In this document: piece after piece, positions 42,367-52,098 of the stretch
Layout of the letters: every line of letters starts with the position of its first letter
Position numbering within the stretch: the stretch's first letter is position 1
NCBI GenBank assembly: GCA_903868795.1
Contig: CAIPWR010000041.1
Coordinates: forward strand, 18,540 to 82,539
DNA: 64,000 nt
Direction of reading: 5' to 3'
DNA from: an uncultured Spartobacteria bacterium
Lineage (GTDB): Bacteria > Verrucomicrobiota > Verrucomicrobiia > Chthoniobacterales > UBA6821
Notes under the pieces: generated by a model
Told to the model about the DNA's origin: nothing
Seen by the model: only the letters and a program-made list of their open reading frames with translations
Database searches by the model: none
Position numbers and translations under genes: made by a program

Positions 42367-42421
42367 GGAGAAGGCTCCTACGCCTCACCCGGAGCGCAAG
42401 GTTCACAACTCCAAAAAATAA
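42224..42421 (+). CDS. possible truncated CdaR/YbbR-like membrane anchor (65 aa), overlapping the cdaA 3' end out of frame
   Basis: MRKILLHNWKEKLVCLLLGSALWYLI resembles the N-terminal anchor of CdaR/YbbR proteins. It sits exactly where cdaR lies in the conserved cdaA-cdaR-glmM arrangement. No YbbR repeat follows. Confidence 0.4.
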   Translation: MRKILLHNWKEKLVCLLLGSALWYLIHQNLGPLPEHKSRTAENSQNSEEKAPTPHPERKVHNSKK

Positions 42422-42433
42422 CGCTCCGCTCGC

Positions 42434-43792
42434 ATGGCAGTCAGAAAACTTTTTGGCACGGATGGCATTCGTGGATCCGCGAATGCCCATCCTATCACTC
42501 CCGAAATCGCCTTAAGACTTGGGCGCGCTGCAGGATACCTGATGAGGGGTCAGGGACCGTGCCGTCCACGTTTCGTGATTGGTAGGGACACCCGACGCTC
42601 CGGGGAAATGCTTGAAGCTGCCCTGGTCGCGGGCCTCAACTCAATCGGAGCTGATGTACTGCTTGCCGGGGTGATCCCTACGCCCGCCGTCGCGTGCCTG
42701 GTCCAGGAACTCAAGGCCGATGGGGGAGTCGTCATCTCGGCCTCCCATAATCCCGCCGGGGACAACGGGCTGAAGCTCTTCGGAAGGGATGGCTATAAGT
42801 TGGATGACACCTTGGAAGAGCGCTTGGAGACGCTGATCCTTACGGAGGAGATTGATGGGGAGCGTCCGCTGGGCGACGCGATTGGTATCGCTACGATCAT
42901 TCCTGATGCCTCCGCGCGCTATGGAGCAATGGCTAAAGCCAGTGTCCCTGGAATATCACTGCATGGGCTGAAGATCGCTGTTGATTGCGCGAATGGAGCT
43001 TCGTTTCAGACGACTCCGCAGGTTCTTAAGGATCTTGGGGCGACTCTCGCGGTTTTCCATGCCTCACCGGACGGCATGAATATCAATGAGGAATGCGGCA
43101 GCACCCATGGGGAAGAGATCCGTCGTTTGGTTAAGGAGACAGGCGCTCACATCGGTATCTCACATGATGGGGATGCCGACCGACTGGTTCTCTGCGACGA
43201 ACAGGGTGAGATCGTTGATGGGGATGAGATTTTAGCAATGGCGGCACTAGATGCTCTCCGGCGTGGGACACTTGCTGGAAAGACACTTGTCGCCACCGTG
43301 ATGAGCAACTTCGGCCTCGATGAATCGATCGTGGCTGCTGGAGGCAAGGTTCTCCGGACCGCAGTCGGCGATCGCTATGTCGTGGAGGCCATGCGTGAGG
43401 GGAACTTCTCGATCGGCGGAGAACAGAGCGGTCACCTCATCTTCCGTGATCATGGGACGACAGGTGACGGCCTTCTTGCAGCACTCCAAGTCCTGCGCAT
43501 CATGACTGAAAGTGGCAAGCCCCTGAGCGAGCTTCGTCGCTGTCTCAAGAAATACCCGCAGGCCCAGCGCAATCTCCGCGTGAAGGAGAAGCCGCCACTC
43601 GAAACGTTGGCAGAGGTTTCAGCCCTGATTTCAGAAACGGAACAAGCTCTCTCCGGAAAGGGCCGTGTTCTGTTGCGCTACTCCGGAACTGAGCCAAAAA
43701 TCCGCTTGCTGATCGAAGGTCCGAACGAAGCGATGATCAATGAGGCTGCTGAAAAGATCGCCGCCGCTCTTACTTCTGCAATTGGGCTCTAG
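42434..43792 (+). CDS. glmM: phosphoglucosamine mutase
   Basis: LFGTDGIRG and the active-site ISASHNPAGDNGLK. Confidence 0.93.
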   Translation: MAVRKLFGTDGIRGSANAHPITPEIALRLGRAAGYLMRGQGPCRPRFVIGRDTRRSGEMLEAALVAGLNSIGADVLLAGVIPTPAVACLVQELKADGGVVISASHNPAGDNGLKLFGRDGYKLDDTLEERLETLILTEEIDGERPLGDAIGIATIIPDASARYGAMAKASVPGISLHGLKIAVDCANGASFQTTPQVLKDLGATLAVFHASPDGMNINEECGSTHGEEIRRLVKETGAHIGISHDGDADRLVLCDEQGEIVDGDEILAMAALDALRRGTLAGKTLVATVMSNFGLDESIVAAGGKVLRTAVGDRYVVEAMREGNFSIGGEQSGHLIFRDHGTTGDGLLAALQVLRIMTESGKPLSELRRCLKKYPQAQRNLRVKEKPPLETLAEVSALISETEQALSGKGRVLLRYSGTEPKIRLLIEGPNEAMINEAAEKIAAALTSAIGL

Positions 43793-44736
43793 GATCTGCC
43801 CTGGCTGAACCCCTTCCAAAGGTCGCCGATCGAATCGGTGATAAAGGTTAAGAGGATTCCGAGAAGAGAAGCCAACTCCTTAGAGAATCGAACAAAGGAC
43901 CTGGTGTTCTCCACAAAATCACGACCGAGTGACGTGAGTGAAATTTCCTTTCCTGTGACCAAGAGCAGGCCGGTGATGATGATGAGATTGATCAGATAGA
44001 TCACGGTCAGGGAAAAAAATGTTCCCCCGTAGTGAAGGTCGGGTTGTCCCTTGGCGATCAGGAGGCAGGTGAAGACAAGGTGGAAGGCCATTGTAAAACC
44101 AAGCAGCAGGAAGAGCACCCATCGGTAAGCGCTGAGGTCCGCCGCCAGGGATGCCGCACCGTAAAGAGAGACGACAAGAAGGCTATAGAGAGGGAAGAAA
44201 TACGGGGCGAGTGCGATCCAGGTATTCACCCGATCCGTGAGGACATGGCCCCCGTCCAGACTGACATGAAAATGGTCAGCCACCTTGCCTCCGAAGAGCT
44301 TGACCCAGAGAGCGTGAGTCACTTCATGACCAAAGACATAGGGCCACATGAGGATCGCGCGCGGTATGCTGAAGAACAAGACACCCAATAGGATCATCCC
44401 TGCGGCGAAGCATTGGAAGTTCGTATTGTCCAGCAGGCCTCCTTGAACCGATGCGGTGAAGGCCTGAAAGAAGGTCTCCGTGAGAATCAGCGCAACAGGC
44501 AGGAGAAAGAGTCCAACGATAAATTTCACCCACGATTTGGGAATTGTCGCAGCGTTCTTTTCTGAGCGACTAGGGAGCGACGGCTGATTGCAGTCATGCG
44601 TAGGTTCTCCCCGATTAAAAAGATCCTGAGAATCAGCCACGGTCGTTGCGACACGAACGCAACGCGACGCGACGCGGGTTATTTTCCCCGGTGACCTAGC
44701 CCCACCCTTTCTCTGCTGAGAGGAAGGGCGTGCCAC
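43789..44736 (-). CDS. polytopic membrane protein with an HExxH motif (putative zinc metallopeptidase, DUF3267/M50-like)
   Basis: Six or more hydrophobic helices and the motif YVFGHEVTHALW. It lies downstream of efp on the same strand. Confidence 0.6.
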   Translation of the reverse strand: MARPSSQQRKGGARSPGKITRVASRCVRVATTVADSQDLFNRGEPTHDCNQPSLPSRSEKNAATIPKSWVKFIVGLFLLPVALILTETFFQAFTASVQGGLLDNTNFQCFAAGMILLGVLFFSIPRAILMWPYVFGHEVTHALWVKLFGGKVADHFHVSLDGGHVLTDRVNTWIALAPYFFPLYSLLVVSLYGAASLAADLSAYRWVLFLLLGFTMAFHLVFTCLLIAKGQPDLHYGGTFFSLTVIYLINLIIITGLLLVTGKEISLTSLGRDFVENTRSFVRFSKELASLLGILLTFITDSIGDLWKGFSQGRS

Positions 44737-44757
44737 GCTTTGGTGAAATCGGTTTTT

Positions 44758-45315
44758 TTAGGCGCGGCCCATGTAGGCGCCGGTCCGGGTGTCCACCTTG
44801 ACGATTTCACCCTCCTTGATGAAGAGGGGAACCTGGATGACCTTGCCGGTCTCGAGGGTGGCGGTCTTCATCACATTGCTTGAAGAGTCACCCTTCACTC
44901 CCTCGGGAGATTCGGTAACCTTGATATTGGCCGAGGCGGGAAGCTCCACGGAGACTGCGCGTCCCTCGACATAGAGGATTTCCACCTGCATGTTCTCAAC
45001 GAGGAAATCCTTGGCATCACCTAGGAGATCCGCCTGAAGCGTGATGGTCTCGAAGGTCTCGGGATCCATGAAATTGTATCCCTCCTGGTCGGCATAACTG
45101 AAGTCGAGTTTGGTGCGATGGACCTCCACAAGTTCCACCTTCTCCGTGGAGGCGAAACGCACGTCGGCCGACTTCCCGGTTCCGATGTAGCGGATGATCA
45201 GCTGGACGAAAGCACGGAGGTTGCCGGGGGTGCGGTGGGTGACTTCAAGGACGATGGCAGCGTTGCTGTTGTACTTGATTGCCATACCTTTGCGGAGGTC
45301 GTTTGCGAGTGCCAT
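44758..45315 (-). CDS. efp: elongation factor P
   Basis: 185 aa. MALANDLRKGMAIKYN..., HRTPGNLRAFVQ (KOW-like loop), and OB domains. Confidence 0.93.
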   Translation of the reverse strand: MALANDLRKGMAIKYNSNAAIVLEVTHRTPGNLRAFVQLIIRYIGTGKSADVRFASTEKVELVEVHRTKLDFSYADQEGYNFMDPETFETITLQADLLGDAKDFLVENMQVEILYVEGRAVSVELPASANIKVTESPEGVKGDSSSNVMKTATLETGKVIQVPLFIKEGEIVKVDTRTGAYMGRA

Positions 45316-45340
45316 GATGTCGTGGAGTGAAGGGTGGGAA

Positions 45341-46312
45341 TTAAATGAGTTTGAGTCGGGCGAGATCCTGGGAGTCTACCACGCCCAAGGGGTTTCCATG
45401 GGAATCCGTGACCACGAGATCGTCTATCCGATGTTGTTCTAGCACCATCAGAACCTCGGCGGCAAGTTTGTCAGCATCAATGGTGATCGGACTTGGGGTC
45501 ATCACCTCTCCGACGGGGCACGTTCCAATCTGAGGATCCGAGGGAAAGCGGCGGGCAAAATCACCATGGGTGAAGATTCCGGCAAGCTGCCCATCGGCGT
45601 TCACGACCAGAGCCGCACCTGAGCGTTTCGCGGTCAAGGTCTTCAAAACCTCGATGACCGGATCGCTGGTCTTGACGATCGCTGCTTCCTCTCCGCCTCG
45701 CATGATATCCCTCACTTTGAGCAGGAGGGTGCGACCGAGTTGGCCGGCTGGGTGATAAAGCGCAAAATCCTCACGGGTGAACCCCCTCTCCTCTAGGAGG
45801 ACCATGGCCAACGCATCTCCCAAGGCCAGCATGACGGTCGTGCTGGAAGTGGGAGCGAGATTATGGGGACAGGCCTCCTGGGTGACGGAGACATCAAGGA
45901 TGACGTCGCTGGCCTTGGCCAGAGTCGACGTGGGATTTCCCGTTAGGGAGACCTTCTTGACATGAAATCGTGCAAGCGCCGGCAGAACCCTGAGGAGTTC
46001 CTCGGTCTCCCCACTATAGCTGAGAATCAGAATTACATCCCCGTCCGAGATCACGCCGAGATCTCCGTGAAGCGCATTCAGTGAGTCTAGCACAACGGCG
46101 GGCGCGCCCGTGCTGGTGAGTGTGGCGGCAATTTTCTCTCCAATATGGCCTGATTTGCCAACGCCAAGGACGATGATCTTTCCCTTGCGGTCAATGGCCT
46201 CCTTGAACAACTCGACCGCAGATAAAAAACTCTTGTCCAGACGATCGGAGAGACGCTGGAGTTCGTTGATTTCGATTGAGAGAACGCGGCGGGCGCGCTC
46301 GAGAGAATCCAT
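45341..46312 (-). CDS. kdsD: arabinose-5-phosphate isomerase (KdsD/KpsF; SIS plus tandem CBS)
   Basis: SIS motif VLGVGKSGHIG and a C-terminal CBS pair. Confidence 0.88.
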   Translation of the reverse strand: MDSLERARRVLSIEINELQRLSDRLDKSFLSAVELFKEAIDRKGKIIVLGVGKSGHIGEKIAATLTSTGAPAVVLDSLNALHGDLGVISDGDVILILSYSGETEELLRVLPALARFHVKKVSLTGNPTSTLAKASDVILDVSVTQEACPHNLAPTSSTTVMLALGDALAMVLLEERGFTREDFALYHPAGQLGRTLLLKVRDIMRGGEEAAIVKTSDPVIEVLKTLTAKRSGAALVVNADGQLAGIFTHGDFARRFPSDPQIGTCPVGEVMTPSPITIDADKLAAEVLMVLEQHRIDDLVVTDSHGNPLGVVDSQDLARLKLI

Positions 46313-46412
46313 CAGCGGATTCTGAACGGAGCCGAGGGATTGGGCAACGCAGAAGGAGAGGGTAAGGTATGGGGGCTTGCTCCGTGCTCTGAAAGGGGGC
46401 TAAGCTCATCTC

Positions 46413-46739
46413 ATGAACGGCAAGTTCCTTCGCCACATTCTCCCTCTGGCCGCCCTTCTGTTGGCTGCCGGTTCCGGCTTTTCCCAGCAGGCTGTTTCAG
46501 ATGCTTCCTTTGTGGCGCCGAAGCCCAAAAAGACGAAGGTCGAGGCAGCGCAGGATGAAAAACCCGCTCCCTATGATATCTCCGGCGTGGTGGCCCAGGC
46601 TTTCAACATGAAGAAACCTCTCCAGCTCGTGAATCCTCTTGCCCCGAAGAAATACGGTGATGGGCACGACAACGTGACTTGGGATCCTGATAATCCCGAG
46701 AAGCCGAAGGGCATCATCATTTTTGGCATCCAGTGGTAG
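46413..46739 (+). CDS. small secreted hypothetical protein (108 aa)
   Basis: Signal peptide LPLAALLLAAGSGFSQQ. No family recognised. Confidence 0.5.
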   Translation: MNGKFLRHILPLAALLLAAGSGFSQQAVSDASFVAPKPKKTKVEAAQDEKPAPYDISGVVAQAFNMKKPLQLVNPLAPKKYGDGHDNVTWDPDNPEKPKGIIIFGIQW

Positions 46740-46780
46740 GTGCCTCGCTCCCTTCCGAGCCAAGCCCTTCCTCTCCCGGC

Positions 46781-47887
46781 ATGAGGGTGAAGGTAGCATT
46801 TCTTTTCGTCTCCATGCCGGTCGGTGGCGCCGAGGATTTCCTGCTCTCCGCGAGCAAATACCTTCCGCCAAGCATTGACGCACGTTTTGTCTGCTTGCGG
46901 AATCTCGGAGTCCTCGGGGAGGAGGCCAAGCAAGCCGGTCTTCCGATCGAGGTGGTTCCGGTCTTCCCAACCAAGCGAATGAATCCTCTCGGCATGTTGC
47001 GACTGGCCCGATGGTTCCGTGAGAACGGGATCCAAGTGGTGCATGCGCAGTCGTATCATGACCAACTCTTCGGGGTGATTGCGGCCAAGCTGGCAGGTAT
47101 CCGATCGATTGTTCATCAGCAGAAGACTTTTTTGGAGCTGAAGGGAAGGAAGGGCTTTTTTATGCGGCACATTTACCGCTGGGCTGACCATGTGATCGCC
47201 CTTTCGGAGGAGACTCGTCGAGATCTCATCGCGGCCTTCGCTCTTGACCCCAAGGAGGTCTCTATTGTTCCGAATGCGATCGACCCGGCGGTTTTTCGGC
47301 CAGTGGAGAATCGGGATGCGGTGCGTTCCTCACTGGGCCTTGATTCCAAGGAATTCCTTTCCGGCTCCGTAGCCTCGCTCCATCCAACCAAGAATCACCA
47401 GGCCACGATTGGTGCGATGGCGTTGCTGGCGAAGCGGGGTGCCGCCCTGCCGAAGTTCCTGCTTTTTGGCGAGGGACAGGATCGTCCGGTTCTGGAGAAG
47501 GGGATTTCCGACCATCATCTGCGAGATCATTTGATTCTTGCTGGAAGGAAGCGCCCTGTGGCCCCGTGGCTCCAGTCGTTGGATCTCTTTGTGCTGGCTT
47601 CGCATTGGGAGGGCCAGCCTCTCGCCCTGCTGCAGGCCCTCGATTGCGGGATTCCCATCCTGGCCAGCCGCATTGAGGGAAACACCGCGCTGCTGAGCGA
47701 GGAGCACCCCGGTCTTTTTAATCCGAAGGATCATGCCGCCTATGCAGACCTGCTGGAGCGGGCTGTTAACGACGAGGGCTTCCGACAATCGCTCCTCAAG
47801 TTCCAGGAAAAGTTGCCAAGACCCTTATTGCCCACATTGAGTTTGCAGCTCGCGGAACTCTACGGACGGCTTGCTGCCAAGGTCTAA
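46781..47887 (+). CDS. glycosyltransferase family 4
   Basis: The start is set at MRVKVAFLFVSMPVGGAE. It has a C-terminal EX7E-type block SHWEGQPLALLQALDCGIPILASRIEGN. Confidence 0.8.
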   Translation: MRVKVAFLFVSMPVGGAEDFLLSASKYLPPSIDARFVCLRNLGVLGEEAKQAGLPIEVVPVFPTKRMNPLGMLRLARWFRENGIQVVHAQSYHDQLFGVIAAKLAGIRSIVHQQKTFLELKGRKGFFMRHIYRWADHVIALSEETRRDLIAAFALDPKEVSIVPNAIDPAVFRPVENRDAVRSSLGLDSKEFLSGSVASLHPTKNHQATIGAMALLAKRGAALPKFLLFGEGQDRPVLEKGISDHHLRDHLILAGRKRPVAPWLQSLDLFVLASHWEGQPLALLQALDCGIPILASRIEGNTALLSEEHPGLFNPKDHAAYADLLERAVNDEGFRQSLLKFQEKLPRPLLPTLSLQLAELYGRLAAKV

Positions 47888-47904
47888 GATCTGAGGCCTG
47901 AAGT

Positions 47905-48939
47905 TTACGCCTGCTGCGCAAGCATTGTCTCGATGGCCTCCGTCACCATGGGGAGACTGATCTCCTGCATGAGCTGTTCACCGGGAAGCTGATAACGCTC
48001 GGTTTCAATCATCAAATCCCTGGAGCGGACAACCCGGTGGGGGCATTTCCATGGGCGGAACTGATACGCGGGAGGGTGCCCGAAGAGGACAACAGAGGGG
48101 CATCCTACTGCTGCCGCCAGGTGCATGGCTGCCGTGTCGACGCCGACAAAGAGGGACGCGGAGTCGAGTGCGCTGGCGAGTTGTGCCCAAGAGAGTTTTC
48201 CCTCAGTGGAGAGGACTTTCCCTTGGAAGCCTTCACAGAACCGAGCGGCTTCACCGATTTCTCGTGGGTTCGGGCCACAGCTGATCAGGACCTGCGGGAA
48301 TCGATGAAGTAGTTCTGCGACCACCTGCTTCCAACGATCCTGAGGCCAGGATTTCGATGCCCATCGTGTGGCGGCGTGAACCACGGCATAGGGGCCGGTG
48401 ATGACTCCATCCAGCGCATGGGGGAGCATGGCTTCTTGTGCGAAACGCATCGGAGGAGGATCCTCAGGCAGCCCTAGTGTTTCCCTAACTGCATTGTAAT
48501 CGCGGAGAACCTGATGCACCGGCCCATGGCCAGTGGTGACGAGGTGGTTGAAGCGTTTTTTCCAAGAACTCGGAAGGGGGATGCCTTCGGGGCGCTCGTA
48601 GCTATTGGTGCAGCGGATCTTGGCCCGGCTGGCAGCTGCGAGAATCCTTCCACGGTTATTGTCCCCCAACTCAAAAGCGTAGTCGAAGTGAGTTGCTGCG
48701 ATCTCTGCAAGCGTCACGAGATCTCTGCCAAAATCGCCCCAGGTGCGGCGCCCCTCCTCCGGGCGGGCCGTGGTGATCAGACGGTCGATCTCGGGACATC
48801 CGGCAAGGATTCCTTCCGTGCCGCGACGCACGGCAACCCAGATCTCGGCTTGCGGAAACTTTTCCTTCGTCGCGACGAGGGTTGGAGTCAGCAGGAGATT
48901 GTCGCCGATATGAAGTAGCTTCGTGAAAAGTATCCGCAT
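47905..48939 (-). CDS. glycosyltransferase family 9 (LPS heptosyltransferase-like)
   Basis: MRILFTKLLHIGDNLLLTP N-terminus and a C-terminal VGVDTAAMHLAAAVGCPSVVLFG block. Confidence 0.8.
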   Translation of the reverse strand: MRILFTKLLHIGDNLLLTPTLVATKEKFPQAEIWVAVRRGTEGILAGCPEIDRLITTARPEEGRRTWGDFGRDLVTLAEIAATHFDYAFELGDNNRGRILAAASRAKIRCTNSYERPEGIPLPSSWKKRFNHLVTTGHGPVHQVLRDYNAVRETLGLPEDPPPMRFAQEAMLPHALDGVITGPYAVVHAATRWASKSWPQDRWKQVVAELLHRFPQVLISCGPNPREIGEAARFCEGFQGKVLSTEGKLSWAQLASALDSASLFVGVDTAAMHLAAAVGCPSVVLFGHPPAYQFRPWKCPHRVVRSRDLMIETERYQLPGEQLMQEISLPMVTEAIETMLAQQA

Positions 48940-48974
48940 CGGTTTGCCTGCTCTCCGGTGTCGACGACCTCGGA

Positions 48975-49424
48975 TTAACCTGCGTGAACCGGGATCACCG
49001 TGACCGGGATGCGTGACTTGTGCAGCACCGAGGTCACCACACTTCCACTGAAGAGTTGATAGACCGCACCATGGCCATGAGAGCCAAGGATGATCATCGA
49101 GGCTTGGGTCGATGCGGCCTGATCGAGGATCTCATCGACCGGAAGCGAGACGACGGCTGTGGTCTCGACGCTGAGTCCTTTGGCGCGGAGCGGTATCGCA
49201 AACTGCTCGAGGCGCTCCTTTACCGCATTCAAGTCCGCGGGCTCCATCGGGATCGGAGCTGTGATGACATCCATGGCCGCTCCCACCGGCACATAGGCGG
49301 CGACGGGCTCGATGACATTCAGGATCACGAGGCGGGCATTCATGGTAGCGGCCAATTCCGCGGCGCCATCCACGACTTTCTGGGAGATCGGACTGAAATC
49401 AATCGCTGTCAGAAGGGTTTTCAT
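48975..49424 (-). CDS. universal stress protein (UspA family)
   Basis: 149 aa with the ATP-binding-type block ILGSHGHGAVYQLFSGSV. Confidence 0.85.
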   Translation of the reverse strand: MKTLLTAIDFSPISQKVVDGAAELAATMNARLVILNVIEPVAAYVPVGAAMDVITAPIPMEPADLNAVKERLEQFAIPLRAKGLSVETTAVVSLPVDEILDQAASTQASMIILGSHGHGAVYQLFSGSVVTSVLHKSRIPVTVIPVHAG

Positions 49425-49490
49425 ACTGCTTCAGCATGGAACGGGGGCGGTTGCCTTGCCAGCCAAATGAGCTCTCTTTAGAGTGGGTCA

Positions 49491-50849
49491 ATGGATGATC
49501 TCTTTTGCAGCGCTGCTACGGGTGAGGAGGTTTCCCTGCCTGCCGATGCCCCGCTTGCGGCAAGGATGCGTCCACGCACGCTTGAGGAATATGTTGGTCA
49601 GAGCCACATCCTGGGTGAGGGGAAGCTCCTGCGTCGTGCCATTGAAGCAGATCGTCTCTCCTCGGTGATCTTCTACGGCCCTCCAGGAACTGGTAAGACC
49701 AGTCTTGCCCGGGTGATCGCCGGCCGGACCAAGAGCCGCTTCATCGAATTGAGCGGAGTCGAGGGATCGGTCGCCGATATCAGGAAGGGAGTCGCCATGG
49801 CTGCCATCGAGGCGCGGAATGGAGGGCGGACCCTGCTCTTCATCGACGAAATCCACCGCTTCAACAAAGCCCAGCAGGATGCGCTCCTCCCCGACGTGGA
49901 GCGTGGAACGGTGCGTCTCATCGGGGCGACGACTCAGAATCCGTTCTTTTCGATCAACAGCCCGCTTGTTTCCCGCTCTCAAGTTTTCCAGCTGCAACCC
50001 CTCTCGGTTGAGGACCTTGTCGGCCTACAACATCGTGCCGTCGCCGATCCGGAACGAGGACTTGGGACACTCCCCATCGACCTCGAGGAAGCGGCTGCCC
50101 GTCATCTTGCCACAGTCAGTGATGGAGATGCCCGTAAATGCCTGAATGCCCTTGAGATTGCCGCCAGGACAACTCCCTTTGGTCCGGAGGGGCGAATTAG
50201 GATCACCTTGGAGGCCGCCTCCGAAAGCATCCAGAAGAAGGCCGTGGTCTACGATGGAACTGGGGACGATCACTACGACACGGCGAGTGCCTTTATCAAG
50301 AGTCTTCGGGGCAGCGATCCCGATGCCGCCCTCTACTGGCTAGCCAAGATGCTCCATGCTGGGGAGGAATTGCGATTCATCACACGACGCCTGGTGATCT
50401 TTGCCAGTGAGGATGTCGGATTGGCCGATCCCCTGGCCCTCACACTGGCTATTTCCGCGCAGCAGGCCGTCGAGTTCGTTGGTCTCCCTGAGGCCCGCAT
50501 CACGCTGGCTCATGCGGCCGTCTATCTGGCCACGGCACCGAAGAGCAACAGTGCCTATGCCGCCCTCGGCAAGGCCGAGAAAGATCTGGCCCAGGGCCGC
50601 ACCCTGGAGGTTCCCTCGCACCTCCGAGACTCCCATTACAAGGGGGCCAAGTCGCTCGGTCATGGCGAGGGATACAAATATGCCCACAATTACGAAGGCG
50701 GATATGTTCCTCAAGCCTACCTGCCTGAGGGTCGCACCTACTACGAACCGACCCGCCAAGGTGCCGAGTCTCGCATCGCCGACAGGCTGGAAATCTGGAA
50801 GCAGCAGTTTAACGAGGCTCGAGACGCCAAGGGAACGGGCAGTGGGTAA
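49491..50849 (+). CDS. rarA: replication-associated recombination protein A (MgsA/RarA AAA+ ATPase)
   Basis: Walker A GPPGTGKTSLA, Walker B LFIDEIHRFNK, and the MgsA C-terminal domain (YDTASAFIKSLRGSDPDAALYWLAKM). Confidence 0.92.
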   Translation: MDDLFCSAATGEEVSLPADAPLAARMRPRTLEEYVGQSHILGEGKLLRRAIEADRLSSVIFYGPPGTGKTSLARVIAGRTKSRFIELSGVEGSVADIRKGVAMAAIEARNGGRTLLFIDEIHRFNKAQQDALLPDVERGTVRLIGATTQNPFFSINSPLVSRSQVFQLQPLSVEDLVGLQHRAVADPERGLGTLPIDLEEAAARHLATVSDGDARKCLNALEIAARTTPFGPEGRIRITLEAASESIQKKAVVYDGTGDDHYDTASAFIKSLRGSDPDAALYWLAKMLHAGEELRFITRRLVIFASEDVGLADPLALTLAISAQQAVEFVGLPEARITLAHAAVYLATAPKSNSAYAALGKAEKDLAQGRTLEVPSHLRDSHYKGAKSLGHGEGYKYAHNYEGGYVPQAYLPEGRTYYEPTRQGAESRIADRLEIWKQQFNEARDAKGTGSG

Positions 50850-51040
50850 TTGGGAATAGGGCCGAGGACTTGAGCATTCAGAACCGAATAGCCTAAAGCC
50901 TAAACCTCTAAATGCCTGGCCGGCTTCGCCGAGTATCAGAGAAACCCTTTGACTCCCAAGGTTGGGAACTCTACCTTTTTCGTCCGCCTTGGAACGCCAT
51001 TATGTAGCGCCCTCTTGGGCGGCCACACTTATCACACTCC

Positions 51041-52045
51041 ATGGCTGACCAGCTTTCCTACGCATTTATCACTCCCGCCGCGCTCCGTAAGGGCCGCACA
51101 GGCGGTATTCTCGGCCGTTTGATCTCCCGTAGTGGACTCGAACTTCACACCGGCCGCATTTTCGCACCCTCCGCCGGGCTCCTCTCTGAACTTGCTGCAA
51201 CCCTTTCCGGCCAGCCCAAGACAGCTGATTACCTGAAAGCACTCGCTGCTGGCTCCCAAAGTCTCGTTCTTGTTCTCAAGGGAGAGGATGCCGCCGCCAA
51301 GGTTGCCTCCATCGTTGGCAACGACTCCTCGATGGGTGGTCGCGGCGAGACTCTCCGCGATACGTTCGGTGATCTGGTTGAAGCGGATGGCAAGACTGTT
51401 TACTTCGAGCCTGGGGTGATTGCTCCTGCTAACGCAGCTGAGGCCGTCGCGGGACTCAAGCTCCTCGCCGAAGCTTCAGATGCCGAGGGAGGGATTCTGG
51501 ATGCCGCTTCATCCTTTGCAGAGGCTACGGAGAAGACACTCGTTCTGATCAAGCCCGACAACTTTGCCTACCCCAACACCCGCCCGGGTGGGGTGATCGA
51601 TCTCTTTGCCCGCACTGGCTTGGCTTTGGTCGGATTCAAGCCGTTCCACATGTCCGTTGCCCAGGGCGAGGAGTTCTATGGTCCCGTGCTCGACTTTTTG
51701 GTCGAGAAACTGCCCGATGGACGCGCTCAGTGGGAGTCGATCGTTGCCTTCATGTCGGGCAAGCGCCCCTCCGAGTGCACCTCCGAGGAGAAGTCCCTCC
51801 CTGGTAGCCAGCCCTGTGTGGCCCTCATCTATCAAGGGCCGAATGCCGTCGCGAAGATCCGCGAGGCCCTTGGTTCCACGAACCCCGCCAATGCCGCTCA
51901 CGGCACGATCCGCAAGGAGTTCGGCACGACAATCATGATCAATGGGGCCCATGCCTCCGATTCCGTCGAGAATGTCGCCCGCGAGACCGGGATCATCCGC
52001 CTCGCGGAAAACGACTTCAAGGCGAAGATCGCTGCCTCTCTCTGA
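51041..52045 (+). CDS. tandem nucleoside-diphosphate-kinase-like protein (degenerate N-terminal NDK-like half plus a C-terminal NDK domain with an insert)
   Basis: The C-terminal half has TLVLIKPDNF...GLALVGFKPFHMSVAQGEEFY...TIRKEFG...NGAHASDS (catalytic His retained). The N-terminal half (SYAFITPAALRKGRTGGILGRLISRSGLEL...LRDTFGD) lacks the His motif. Confidence 0.7.
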   Translation: MADQLSYAFITPAALRKGRTGGILGRLISRSGLELHTGRIFAPSAGLLSELAATLSGQPKTADYLKALAAGSQSLVLVLKGEDAAAKVASIVGNDSSMGGRGETLRDTFGDLVEADGKTVYFEPGVIAPANAAEAVAGLKLLAEASDAEGGILDAASSFAEATEKTLVLIKPDNFAYPNTRPGGVIDLFARTGLALVGFKPFHMSVAQGEEFYGPVLDFLVEKLPDGRAQWESIVAFMSGKRPSECTSEEKSLPGSQPCVALIYQGPNAVAKIREALGSTNPANAAHGTIRKEFGTTIMINGAHASDSVENVARETGIIRLAENDFKAKIAASL

Positions 52046-52098
52046 TTTTTCGTCATAGCACACCACTAGCAAACCAACCACCCAACCCCACGCTTCCC

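Noticed and set aside
43789-43792. Convergent glmM and membrane-protein genes share the palindrome CTAG as stop codon on both strands
   Set aside because: A coincidence of compact gene packing with no functional implication that I can support.
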